From: Phoronis australis
Lineage: Eukaryota > Animalia > Phoronida
Direction: 5' to 3'
Assembly (NCBI GenBank): GCA_002633005.1
Contig: NMRA01000239.1
Location: 424,195-488,194, forward strand
Length of the DNA stretch: 64,000 bases
Shown: piece by piece, positions 51,859 to 64,000 of the stretch
Position numbering within the stretch: the first letter of the stretch is position 1
Layout: each line of letters begins with the position of its first letter
Notes under the pieces: generated by a model
Databases searched by the model: none
The model's input: the letters and a program-made list of their open reading frames with translations, nothing else
What the model was told of the DNA's origin: nothing
Translations under genes and position numbers: made by a program

Positions 51859-52559
51859 GAAATAGCGTGTGTGTGAGACAGGAAGTAGCGTGACAATATT
51901 TTTTTTGAAGTCTTTAAATAGATGTACTTATCATGTCTGTTTGTTCCAAACAAGCATGTTACCATGAAAGACACAGAACCCTGGTTTTATGAATTACATA
52001 ATGTAAATATAGCCAAAATTTGATGAAACCAATTTGTTTCCAGTTTCCAGTTTTAATTGACAATATAATGGATTTTTTCGCATGTAGGCGTTTTATAAAC
52101 GTTAAGTTTAATAATGAAAATGGTAAAATGGTAATATAAAACTGAATACATATACGCAGTGTTAATTAACTGTCATCATTATCAGTAAACAACATCATTG
52201 TGTAACTCGCGGTATCTTCCATAGATGTGCATATGGCACGTTTTCTTTGGAGACGCACAAATTCAATGAAAGTAATTGCCGATAAGATATATCGTTAATT
52301 AACCGTCAGCGTCTTCGTGTGTTGACCCCAGAAGCTTCAAATCTGTTGCATAATTCGGAGACTTGCGTACCAATCCCTCTGGCAATACCCTAGCGTCGAC
52401 AAAGTCATTACAGAAAGGCTCCGGTGAACGCTATATGCAAGGATTATTAACACCTCAAAATAAGTCACGTGATGACTTGGCCAGCTGAAAAATAAAATGA
52501 AGATGCGCAAGGTCCGCCCTCTTGAAAGTAACTTCCGGTTAAACAAAGTTTTATAATAG

Positions 52560-52870
52560 CTAATCAAACGAAACAAACAGGTGACGATATTGAAAATGAT
52601 TGGTTCACCAATGCGCCCTCTACAGGAGAAAATGTTTTAAAAATTACTTACTACCTGTTTCCCAAGGATCAAGAACTGCATTAAACATTGGTCAGACACA
52701 TCGGTAGAGCTGGTAGCAAAGGCTGACTTTGTGAATTCTTTCCGACTTCATAGCATGTGCAGCGATCATTTTGAGGGCGGCAAGAAAACGTATCTTGGAA
52801 ACTGTCCAACAAAATTTCCCTTGAAAGAAAAAGTAACAAATACTCCACGGCGGATGGTAGTGAAATAAAA
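52560..52870 (+). mobile_element. THAP-domain remnant of a DNA transposon
   Basis: FPKDQEL...W and MCSDHFEGGKKTYLGNCPTKFP. Confidence 0.65.
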
Positions 52871-53899
52871 AACTTGTACGCTTGACCAGAACCAAACCAA
52901 CATGAGCAATATTGAGGATAATGCCTCTGCACAATCACTTGCTCTGGGTCGACTCACTTAACGTACGCACACTAAATGCATTAACGCGTTAAGATAAAGC
53001 GTGCAGAATATTGTTATTTACTTTCTACAAAATTGTGGTGCATTGCTATCAAAATTCGTTGTTAAATTACGATCATTTTTCAGAAAATTGTGCTGAAATC
53101 CCAGGGCGAAATCTCGCCGACAGATGCGTAGCTGCCGGTCTCACAATCGTCGATAGGGCTTGAATTCTTGAATAAGAATACAGCTTCGACTCAACAAATT
53201 ACCTGTAATCCTCCTCAAGTTTTCCAAATAGCGTTTCTAAGATTTTTAAGTTCTTGTGGAGTCTGAATTAACTGCCGATTAAGTCAAAATCTGCGCTAGA
53301 TTGTAGCCCGCAACACGAGAAAGATTTCTAGAGGAACAAAGATGTTGTTGTCACGTGACGTTTGTTTTGAAGTTTGTATGCGCGTGTGTGTGAGAGTAAG
53401 CGTGCGTGTGCTTGTCATCGGAGTTCAATTGCCAGAGTAAATGCGATGTAATGATCTAGGTGTGCATTGTAACCAAAGAAATTAAATCAAGCAGTAAAGC
53501 AGAGCGTGTTTTAATATTTAGCACTTGCTAGCCTCATCTGTTAAAAAACGTTCGAGAATTGTTTCGGTAAGACCGATATGTCACTTATTGAGTCGCCGGA
53601 TGAGTGGATGCGTGACCGCGAACAGCTATTTTCCGGAAGACTCGGAGCGTAAGGGTGCGAATGTATTCACTATCAGTGGGTCATTTTGACTTTAAAAACA
53701 CCAATTATGATTTATTAGTTAAACAGTTTCTCTTAAAAATAATGCCAATTTTTTTACGGTATTAAAAACTTTCGGAAATTAGTGCCATTATTTATTTCTT
53801 GCCAATGCTATGTTACCCGTTTCATGAATAGATAGTTCCCGACTAAATGTCTTCGATGGCAGCCGGTACATTATGCCGCTCGCGGTTCTTAGCCGCGTG

Positions 53900-54324
53900 C
53901 TAACACTGGTCGAGTTTATTTATTAGTCTTCGACCCACGGTTTTCACGTGCACAAAAAACTTTGGATTCCTGTTGAGGCCGGAGAATATCTGTACCGGAA
54001 AGAAACAATGCAATCCAGCTGACAAGTACGCTGCGTCTGTTTTCAAAGTCCAGACCCGCGTAGTGGGGCACATCCCTCGCAAGAGCAGCAAAACTTTTGC
54101 GTTCTTTTTGAATCGCGGCGTAAGTTTGAAGTGTATACGGACATAACGGTGAGGCTCGTGGTCTACAAATTCAGGACTGTCAGATCTTTCAATTGATAAA
54201 TTGGAGACGTTAGAACTGTAGGTAAGGCATTTTTGCATGTAGTTCATGGGCTGGGCGCTTACTTTAGCGAAGTTTGAAAACGTGTTGGGGCACTTATTGG
54301 GGCATGGGCGCTTATTAGGGCGAA
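53900..54324 (+). mobile_element. HIRAN-like ORF remnant and terminus of a pogo/Tigger-like element
   Basis: HGFHVHKKLWIP...NPADKYAASVFK...VVGHIPRKSSKTFAFFLNRG...IDKLETLEL*, then ggcgcttattagggcgaata; the same end type occurs at 62158-62180. Confidence 0.65.
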
Positions 54325-54488
54325 TAGCGGCAGAATTACATACAGCAGCGTAGTTTAATGCACACAAATCACACGTCGTGCAAACCAATCGGCCATTCCA
54401 CATACCATAATCAATCCCAACAGCCTTTGCGCACCCTAATTTCCGGACATGCGCAATCGTTAAATCGATTCGGTTGCAACTCCGCTAT
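54185..54488 (+). repeat. Left arm of a ~300-bp inverted repeat (partner 63281-63606)
   Basis: Clear reverse-complement match; includes a 163-bp TAGCGG...CCGCTA unit at 54325-54487. Confidence 0.92.
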
Positions 54489-55059
54489 ATACCTTCTGAC
54501 ACAGCGCCACCTATACTGCAAAGTGGCCCTGTGGAAACATGATGAACGACACACGGAATTCCGTGTGTGGGCGTCAATGCGCATGCCTTAGTTTTACTTC
54601 CGATGTAAACAAAATGGTTCACTATGTGCGTGAAAAGGTAACGGGTATATTGCTTTGTGTTCTGTTGCGCTGGAATAATAATCATTTTGGTGGAGTGCGT
54701 TTGGACTCATCCTGAATCTACTTTACTGATTTTAGACGTTTTATGTTCACGTTAGTTGTATAAAGTTCGAAACTGTGAACTTTCTAAGTCGTCATAGTTG
54801 GGTCTGGGACCGACGCCAAGCCGGCTAGTAAGCCAAGTCCAAGCGCGAGCGTGTTGGGTAGCCCTATATTTAAAAAAAATACCGTGGTAAGCGCCTGTGG
54901 TGCCAAGCTGATTAGCCTTGCCTTTTCATTGCCTTCACTACAACTTCGCCAGAGTGTTTTTAGGTTTTTGATGTGATCAATTGTTACTTTGTCTAATATC
55001 AGGTCAGATAGTGTTTGTGTGAGCCAGAGGCTGAAGACTGTACTTGTGTTTGATAAGTT

Positions 55060-55950
55060 GTTAAGATACAGTTCAAACTTTTCACGTGATCAAGGCATGT
55101 CAAGTAGGCTAATACACCTGTGAAGACTCAGAGTCGAGCTTGCTGTGCCTGCAACTGTCCACTCACCAAGGGACGTTTTTCTATTATTGAAACATTTAGC
55201 ATTGTATGGTGGTGTCAATATTTTTGAGGGGATTATCTGCATAAATTGTGAAAGACTCTTACAGACGATTCACACCAAAGTGACTCGTTTCAAATCAAAA
55301 GTTAAACAAACTCAGAAGTTGTGCAGACCCAAACGTTGTGCGGTGGACAGCCCAACTCTACCCTCGGCCAGATCTGAAGTTAGAGCTGACCAGCGCAGAG
55401 AAACCCGTCGCAGACTTATTGAGCTCCAGCCAGCATCAGCTGTTCAAGAAGTACAGAAACGCACACCAGCTGATGAGAATATTTGCTGTGATTTAGCACT
55501 GAACACTTCTCGAAATCTACAAGTGCATCTTTGTCTGAAAAGAAGGTTGTTGAAAGAGCTTATAGTATTTTGAAGTATGAACAACTCAAATATGCCATTA
55601 CAGAACAACGTATGAAGAAAAATGATGCTATAGCCGAATCCATAACTAGCTCAAAGCATGGATGTATTTCTCATTTGCAAGTAAAGAACAAAAACTCTTA
55701 TGACACGTTATTCCAGTTTGACTGGACCATCATTGTCAATGAGATGAAACTTAAATTCCCGGTGTTGTTCTCCCTTATTGTAGGGGTTATGTTAACTCCT
55801 GACAATAGGTCAAGCGGAAAAAAGGTAGATAGCATAATACCAAGAATTTCTGTTATAATGCCCAGTGCATGCAATCTAGAAGTCAGCCTCTTTGTCTGGT
55901 ACTGCGAGTGATATATTACGTCCTGTCAAGTAGCTTAGTGGAGGTTAAGG
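55060..55950 (+). mobile_element. N-terminal part of a putative AcademH-type transposase, frameshifted
   Basis: GIICINCERLL...F and FDWTIIVNEMKLKFPVLFSLIVGVML...IPRISVI resemble N-termini of DUF6589-type proteins (inference); faces a RecQ-like fragment. Confidence 0.45.
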
Positions 55951-56322
55951 TATGTCACGTTCATGTTGGCTTAAAACAACTTTATTTTAAAGTCAGTGTA
56001 AATTGTGGCATTTTAGTACAATTTACAATACATGCCCATAGCCAGAATAAGAAAATGTAGAAAATTTCAAACAACAAATACTAATTAATGCAAATCTGAA
56101 TAGTTGTCTTCAACAACTTGTATTTCAGATAAACATAGCATCTCTTTTGATATGATAAAGTTCTCTCTGTGGTCTATGTTTGTTAAACAGTGAACCAATG
56201 CATGAGCAGGTAATACATGAATACAATGCTACCTTGAAGGAGAGACATTTAAAGTTATTTTTTGTTTTATTTTTTTTAAAATTGTCACTGCTACTTAAGG
56301 TGTAACCAGCCAAAATTCTACT

Positions 56323-56495
56323 ACAGTCAAACCTTGTTAGAATGAATCCGTTTTTAACGTTTGCTCACTCATAACATTCTTTTCCGTAAGTCATAAGACA
56401 GCTATACCACTTGGGAATTACTTTGGTTAAATTTAACTTCAGATACAACGAGTTTTTTCAAGTATTGAGAGGTTTTGTTATAGCATGATTTTACT
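56323..56495. mobile_element. Degenerate pogo/Tigger-like MITE
   Basis: ta|cagtcaaaccttgttagaa...ttatagcatgattttactg|tg imperfect TIRs. Confidence 0.5.
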
Positions 56496-57920
56496 GTGTG
56501 TAAGTGTTTCACGGTATATTGTTGACCTTTCTTTATATGTAAGGGAATGTACAAGCCAGGTGGTAGGAGTATGCCTTCTACAGCTTAGTTTTCTGTTTTC
56601 AGTGTCAAGAGCGATGCTAATAACCCTCCTGGCATATCCTGTAATGACTGTGGCCTTTCGAACTTTAATTTATAGATGCTTCTTCTGACTTTCTATTTTG
56701 AGAGATGCTTAATGTTCTCTAGCTATTTATCAGTCACTGGTGTGTGACTGCGCAAGCATTCTGGGGACTAATTATTGGTGAATGTGCATGCTCAAACACT
56801 TTAAAAACCTATAAGAAATGAAAAAATATTCACTGCATGGTAAAAATACTCCAGTTTGGGACAATGAACTTTTAAATTATTTTTGCTCAGTGTCAGAGGT
56901 TGTACCGTACAAAATTTTGAAAGTAGGCAATAAAGGGTATACCATTATGTTGTTGAACAGCTGATTCTACTGTCACTCTATGTTGACACAAAATGCATTG
57001 CGAAATTTATATGATGGAAAACACCAAAATAAATCATTGTCTCTAACCATGAAAATTCAACTTTAGCTGGTCGTATTTTAGTGGCTGCCCCAAACTGGAG
57101 AATATATATATAGACTAAACGTGGGTGGCCCTTCAAGAAGAGGTCTCATTGCCGCACTCTCACTGCTTGTGATTATTTTTAGTGCCCGTGCCTGCACACA
57201 TACACTGGGATTGGAAATCAGCTTTTCCTATAACATTGTTGTCTACAGCATGCACTTTTGTTTGTTAAAATATCAAAATAACTTTTGTGGAAACTGGTGG
57301 TATATATTGTAGTGTACTTAAGTATGCCTGTTTTGATCATACTGCATTCGGATAAAATTCTGGTTCTGTGATGAGATGCTGAACAAATAATTGCAGTTGA
57401 CATGCTTAAAAAATGACATCTAGCTCTGAGGAATATGCACATTTTTGGAAATTGCCATTTTGTCATGATTATTGACTGTTATAATTAAATCTGCAGCTGT
57501 TGTTTACAGAGGGTACATTATGTAGTCATAAAGAAACTGTTATTATTTAAAAAATGAAACTGTTATTATTTAATCCTGATCGAAGTGTGCAAATTTGTCC
57601 AGGTATAATTCTTAATGTATCACTATGCTAATTTGTTGCCAGGCATTTAACAATAATAAAGTGTTTCTGTTAAGAATTGTTGAATTTTAAAATTTTGCAG
57701 ATCTGATGCTCTATGTTTGTTATCCTTGTCATCCCTGATTTTGTGGATTTTGTTAAATGGCTTTCAGATTCGCTATTGAAAAAAATTGATGATCAATTGT
57801 TGGCCGTGATAGAGTTTGTGAGGCTTGATTTTAGCAAGTCTGATTGTTATCACCTAGCTCCTGCTTGCCCCCTTGCCAAACCAGATCAAGGCTATGTTGG
57901 CCATTGTGATCGACTAATAG

Positions 57921-58196
57921 CAGGGGCAGATCCAGGATTTTGAGTTAGGCGGGGCCAGGGGATAACCAGAATTTCGGCAGATGTGCGCGCCCAACCTAAA
58001 ATGTGGGGATGTAGGGGTCTCGAATTTTGGGTTTGAGGACCTGTTGACTAAAAAAAGAAAGGGGTATGCATTGCCTAATCACCCCCCGAGCCCCCCTGGT
58101 TGCGTGCATGTGCAATTCGCATCAGAACTCCCAAATGGTATCTGGTAGAATTTTAGAGGGGCCATGACTCCCTTGCCCCCCCTAAATCCGCCACTG
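57921..58196. mobile_element. hAT-like MITE family B with 5-bp TSD (aatag)
   Basis: aatag|caggggcagatccagg...ctaaatccgccactg|aatag. Confidence 0.85.
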
Positions 58197-58289
58197 AATA
58201 GAGCCAAGTTACGTGACCTCATGTAATTATGAAAACAAAGTTACTGTTCACCAGTTCACCTTCTTCACCAAAAGAAAGAATTAGAGCTT

Positions 58290-58560
58290 CCCTATATATC
58301 TCTATTGGGCCAGAATGGCATTCAGCGGGCTGATTACTAGACACACAGACTTCTCAAATTGTCCCCGGGCTGCAAACAAGTCCGCGTAGATAGGCAGTAC
58401 TTCCATCATCCCGTCGGCAATATACCGACCACATCGCCGCCACTGACACACACCTTTATACATCGGATTTGTTTCGGCTTAAGCCACTGTATCGGGGTTT
58501 TCTTGGTCTTATTCACTTCCACCACTGTCCGTTTTAATAAAATGCAACTACTTAAATCCG
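58290..58560 (-). pseudogene. RecQ-like SF2 helicase N-terminal fragment (transposon-borne)
   Basis: WLKPKQIRCIKVCVSGGDVVGILPTG* (Q motif and Walker A start), then after a frameshift SVCLVISPLNAILAQ* (motif Ia). Terminus-like ...GTACTCCGCTA ends at 58734. Confidence 0.75.
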
Positions 58561-59187
58561 TGGTCGCCACACTTCGTAATTTGTAAACTGAAAGGGGTTT
58601 CCCAACTTTCAACCAATGGGAATGGCTGAATGTTATGACGTCAGTTTCATTACTTTAACCAATGGGAGGCCATATTAAACAACATTCTACAGTGCTAACT
58701 CTCGTTGAGCACTGTGATAGAGTGTACTCCGCTATAGAGCCACATTTTATGAGGCAACCTCTACGCTAACATTTGAGGTTTTGTTACCCCAACGCCTAAG
58801 CGAGCTTAATCGATTCACAAATTAACGCGTGTGGCTTAGCTGCGCTGGTGAAGAAATCCTTTTAGATAATTTCTCTTATAATGCATCAATTTTAAAAAAT
58901 CCGAAGACGTCTAATATTTACTAATCTTTTGCCTTACTTATTGCTTGTTTTTGACTCTGAAACTTGTGCACTTAACAAGAGCGTTATCTACGACCGCAGT
59001 TATCTCCTTGAATACACACCATCTACCAAGAATAGTGACTAGCTCAATCAGTGACAGCGTCATCAAATCTTTGATGAGCCGAAGAATTTGCTGGATACTC
59101 TGGGTGAAAAGTACACTCCTTCTCGTCAACTGGCAGGCAAATCCTGTTATCGTAAGATTTGCCTGTTTATCTCGTGGTAACCCTTAA

Positions 59188-59570
59188 AGGAGAATGCCTC
59201 CTGATTTACTTCGTTTTTTACCGTTTTAATCGGTCTATATTCACACCACCTCGTATGCAGTCCATCTCACCTCGCCGAGATGTGCCGCGTTAACGTGTGA
59301 GGAAGATGAGTAAACGACGCAGCGACGTCAGTGGTTCTTCAGCTGAATGTGAGCCGCTATGGTGTTGCGTATCGCTGCTGCTTTGCGAATCATGAAGCTG
59401 CGAGGAAACCGAGTATATTGTTTTTTTCGATTTTTTCGAGAACCCGAAATGCTTTGGAAGTGGTTCGCGGCAGTAAAGCGTGAAAAGTACGACTTTAATA
59501 CCAAGTGTGAGGCCGTGAAATATCTCCGTGCCTGTCGCCGACATTGTTCTGCTTCAAATTGAATTTTTTC
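59188..59570 (+). mobile_element. Left end of another Kolobok-like element with THAP remnant
   Basis: TTAA|AGGAGAATG terminus; WCCVS.../RVYCFFRFFREPEMLWKWFAAVKRE...YLRACRRH. Confidence 0.65.
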
Positions 59571-62500
59571 TCACCCTAACCAAGGTTTATGTAAAACTGA
59601 AACAAAGTGTCAAGTTTGTCTCAGTAGAATCGATACAATTTGCAATGCCTTTGGAGTATTCGTGAGTGCAAATGTTTTGAGAAACCAACAATGAATAGAT
59701 CATACAGCGTTACCGACTTCAAATGCAATAAAATTGGAATTGACCGGGCGCCCGAGGTCGTGTGAGCGCATGCTAATACAGTGCTTGCCGACAGAAAGCT
59801 GTTGTTAAACAATTAGTTGATTTTATTTGCTATGGTCATATGTTAGGGGAATCTTTATTTAGATATAAATTCATTAATCGAATCATTGTTTTTTACAACT
59901 TTTCGCCCTGACGCGGTTCTGTGAAAGGAGGAACTGACTTCGCGGCCCCCGACAAGTAAGTAGATTTGCAATTTCGGGGCCAACTCATCAAAATAAATCA
60001 CGTGCAAATTATTTCATTGGTTCAGTAGTCTAGTCTTTTCTTGACTGGAAGTCCAGTTTTCAACTTAGGCAGCCGTCTATCTCGGCTGCTTTATGTTCTT
60101 GATATCTCCAGTCAGCGACGGGCCTCGTCGGGTTCCGCAGATTCGCAACTCCGACATTTACTTATGTGCTAGCCAAGAGGCGCCGCCACTCTACTAAATT
60201 TTCTGGTGCAGTTTCCGGTTAGTATATTTTGACGAGAAATATGTTCATCTTCGTTACTGTCCAGTACAACGAAAAAAATATTAATTTCGGCAGTGAAAAG
60301 CTGTTTAAAGTCTTCCAATAGAAGAAGTGTTGGTATCGTGAGTACTTTTGGCAATGCTACTGGTAATTAATGACAAAATTCAAACTTCGGTGCCGACTTA
60401 TTATGTCGTCTGCTTGCCCAATTGGAGCACAGTTATCGGATAGTCTGTGATATATGGTTCATATAGGCCTACTGAGAAAACAACGAAAGCATGCTTGTGC
60501 ATAAATTCCAAGGAGTACCTGTGAATGCAAAAGATACTTATATAGCGTTTTTGGTTTAGAAAAATATTAATTTTGTTCGAATTAAAAATGCGCCTCTGCA
60601 GCGATTTGACTAGTGTAACCTTTGCATGTTTATAATTCAACATTCTCAAGTGAGCAGCTCTTCTGGGAAGTGTTGAGTGGCCCTTAAAAGGGCCGTTGGT
60701 TGTACTGTGAATGAGCCTTAGGTATAGCGTGAAATGGTTCTTAAAAGAACCGTTGAATAATTCAACATAAATCACACAGTATACTGTGCTCACTCAAGTA
60801 CTGAAGGTCCTCTTCATTCAAGTTTTCATCAGGGAAGGTTGGATGAAAACAGAGGAGATGACAATATCGATGACAGTTGTAACGCTGTTACCGTTCTCCA
60901 ACGTTATCACGAGCCCCGCCTCTTTCAGTTCTTGTTCCTGGATTCAGAAGTAACCCTGAACCGTAGGGAAAAAGACATACAACAAAAACGAATCAAATTT
61001 TGAAAATCATCGCCTTCGTACGATTCCGTGTTGCTGTCGCCAGACTGATGTTCCTCCCCAACATCAATGTCAAAAATCGACGTTACAAGTGATGGAAACT
61101 TGTGTCCTTTGTTTCTAGCTTTTAACCCATTTTTTAAGGAAGGGGTGTACTGATTTTGTCTAATGTTGATAGAGCATAACTTTTGGTTTTTACAATGCAA
61201 TAATTGTGTTGAATGCATTCATATTAAGTGGCTCCATTGAGTTGAACAGAAAATAAATTAAATGTAACACAACAAAGTTTTGAAAGTAATTAGAGCAGTA
61301 ACAGGACTCCCCAAGAATCGAGCTGTTTTCGAAAACTTTGCGCCATTGGTGATCTGATTGGTTCATGCATTTACGGCGGGAAAATAATAAGACCAAGTAT
61401 CGTGCAGGTGTGAACTGTAGCAACACTTTGTATCTTATTCTTATTTGGCCAATCTGTTGATACAGTAAAATTCATAATTAATGCCCATCCTGATTTGACT
61501 GCAACTTGAGATTGTTGGGTTCTATCATATATTGGGTTGGCATTGGGACCCACATGGTGCTTAATCGAATGGGCTTCATTTTACCAACTATTTCAAATTG
61601 TGTTGGTGAAGTAAATAAACAAAGTGGGTGATTATCATCACCGAAATTTCATCATTAGTATCTTTTGCCGGGTGCTCAAATTTTCTGAGACTAGGTATTG
61701 TCAGATTTGTAAGGTAGAAGTGTTTCGCTGGATTTCCAGGTCTGTGGCGTTATTTATACCGGACAAAAATTTAAAAAACGAGACCTTTGTTTAAATCAGG
61801 AGCTGCATGATACACGTTTTACCACACGTGCGCAGGCAGCGCATGTGGGCCCATTGCACTGATCACTTGGAACCACTTTTATGGTTTATTAATATATAGT
61901 TAAACCATGCTGAGGAGCTTGAAACCTGATTCACGGCAATTTTTGGCAGTGGGATTTTCTGAAAAATGCTCGCAAGTTAACAACAAAATTTGACAGCAAT
62001 GCATTGCAGTTTTATAGAAACTCTGTCATAGCTTACAGATGCGTCACAGAGCGTACATTTGATGAATTCTAGCTTACGATTTCACCTGTTTGGGAGACCG
62101 GGTTTCAACCACTTTTGGGCCCCCCTTCCTGAAGCGGATTTTTCTAAGCGCCCTGGCCGCTTATTAGGGTGAATATGGTAATGTTTCAGAAGGGCGATAC
62201 TTAGTACCCTTTATGCACGGGACCGTTTTGTTACATTAGGAGTGGGATTGGCTCATTATGTACCCCACAGATGACATAGGACTTTACAAAACTGGTTGAA
62301 GAATTTTGTTTTCGTCATAAACGTTCGTTTGAAAGGCTTAAGTTTGGAAATGTTAGGAATTAAGGCGGAAATTTAAAAAACCATCAGTCCGCTTACAAAA
62401 ATTTAACATTGAAGAATAAAAACAACTTTACACCCCTCTGGTTTTCCTGTTCCATGTTTTCAAAGAAGGTGGTTGCATTTTCATAGACTGCAGTCGAGAG

Positions 62501-63280
62501 ACTTGTGCGGCATATATTCGACATGAAATGAGTGTGTAACCTGCTGTTGAATTGCGAGATAGATTTTGACTAGTCCAGGTGGTTATTTCTGAAGTATTAA
62601 TTTAATCTTTATTTATGTTAAAGGTTTTACCTATTTATTTGTACACGAATGTGAATTTGTTGAAATCGCTGATCCAAATCCTGGCCAAATGTGCGCATTC
62701 TGGTGAGACCAACCGTCTGATCAGGGCCTGCGAAGAGTAATTTGGTTAATTCGCCCACTAGACTATGACTGAACTACCTTTGGAAGAAATTTAGCGGACA
62801 ATTTTTGTCAAAAAGTTTACCAGATAGTTATCATCAAAACGGAGAAAACAAAAATGGATTTGTGAAGACAGGATTAAGTAGTATGCCTACCAGAACCTCT
62901 TAAAGACGTTCATCTTCAAAGTGCCTTGAACAAATGTATAAAGTCTTATTGCTGAAACAACTGCCATTCACGTTGACACAAGAAATAAGCTTTTCTTTCC
63001 ACAGCCGATTCTGGGGTCTTCAGATGGTATGGAACAGAAGCTAACGCCTTTGCATTTCGCGTGTGTGGCCGAACAACCGGCCACACAGCAGCCGACCATG
63101 ATAAGCAGACTTGCCGGAAATTGCACCAGAAAATTTAGCCAGGTGTCGCCAGTGAATAATGACGTAAGGGCTTGTGCGTAAGATCACAGGTTTCGTCCAT
63201 TGAAAGTATACGGAGTTGGCGGTCCGTGTACTATAGTCTATGGTTATATCGAATGTTTGATACGTTTGGAACTGAAAACA

Positions 63281-63606
63281 ATAGCGGAGTTGCAACCGAA
63301 TCGATTTAACGATTTGCGCATGTCCGGAAATTAGGGTGCGCAAAGGCTATTGGGATTGATTAACGTACTATGCGGAATGGCCGAGTTGTTTGCACGACGT
63401 GTGATTTGTGTGCATTAAACTACGCTGCTGTATGTACTTCTGCGCTATTTGCCCTAATAAGCGCCCACGCCCCATAAGTGCCCCCACACGCGTTTTCAGA
63501 CTTCGCTAAAGTAAGCGCCTAGTCCATGAACTACATGCGAAAAATGCCTTACCTACAGTTCTAAAATTCTACAGCGGTAAGGTCTCCAATTTATCAATTG
63601 AAAGAC
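63281..63606 (-). repeat. Right arm of the ~300-bp inverted repeat
   Basis: Reverse complement of 54185-54488 with small indels. Confidence 0.92.
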
Positions 63607-64000
63607 CTAGTCGGTGGGCCATATTTTGTAGGGCCTCTAGAAAATGGTTTTTGTGAGTACTTTAGGGGGGCAATTTTAATTTGGTGTTTATTAATTCATT
63701 TATTAGAGTATTTTCAAAATCTTAAAAGTTCCCACATATAAAGTTGCACATTTTTGAGAAATTTGAGTTTGAAGTTACATAATAATCACCAAAGAGCTTA
63801 GTAAACTTATATTTGTAAAAACAACAGTTTTGGTGACTTTTTTGTAAAACAAGTAATATGGTCCCATCAGTGCCATTGTATTGAACAATATTACACTCAC
63901 ATTACACGTTTTACTATTGTAAATTAATTGTAAACAGTGAAATTTAAAAAACGTAAAGAGACACCTAGTGGCAAAAATGCAAACTAAGTCTGAATGTTAC

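Noticed and set aside
60169-60354. piggyBac transposase (DFKQLFTAEI-like motif)
   Set aside because: Only one weak motif; no downstream catalytic motifs or TTAA/CCC termini found.

Overview
AT-rich, intron-rich animal (probably marine invertebrate) genomic DNA; the organism cannot be named from the sequence. The only well-supported host gene is on the minus strand. Three exons (20616-20440, 14610-14503, 827-496) have GT-AG boundaries and matching phases and splice into ~206 aa covering TM1-ICL3 of a Group-4 (neuropsin/Opn5-like) opsin. It has Tyr113, Glu181, Cys110/Cys187 and notably Cys188 (YGNEPFGTACCLEW), resembling Opn5L1/Opn7. Exon 1 was not found, and the TM6-TM7 exons (with Lys296) lie left of the window. 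The rest is mostly decayed transposons: an Academ-type transposase, an AcademH-like transposase plus RecQ-helicase pair, THAP-bearing Kolobok-like elements, CR1/L2-type LINEs, hAT, Harbinger/ISL2EU, pogo-HIRAN and DIRS/Ngaro gag remnants, several MITE families (one with 5-bp TSDs) and tRNA-derived SINE heads. Assembly features: a 409-bp duplication across a single N and a 114-N gap. Family assignments come from recalled motifs, not database searches; TE boundaries are approximate unless a TSD or terminus is quoted.
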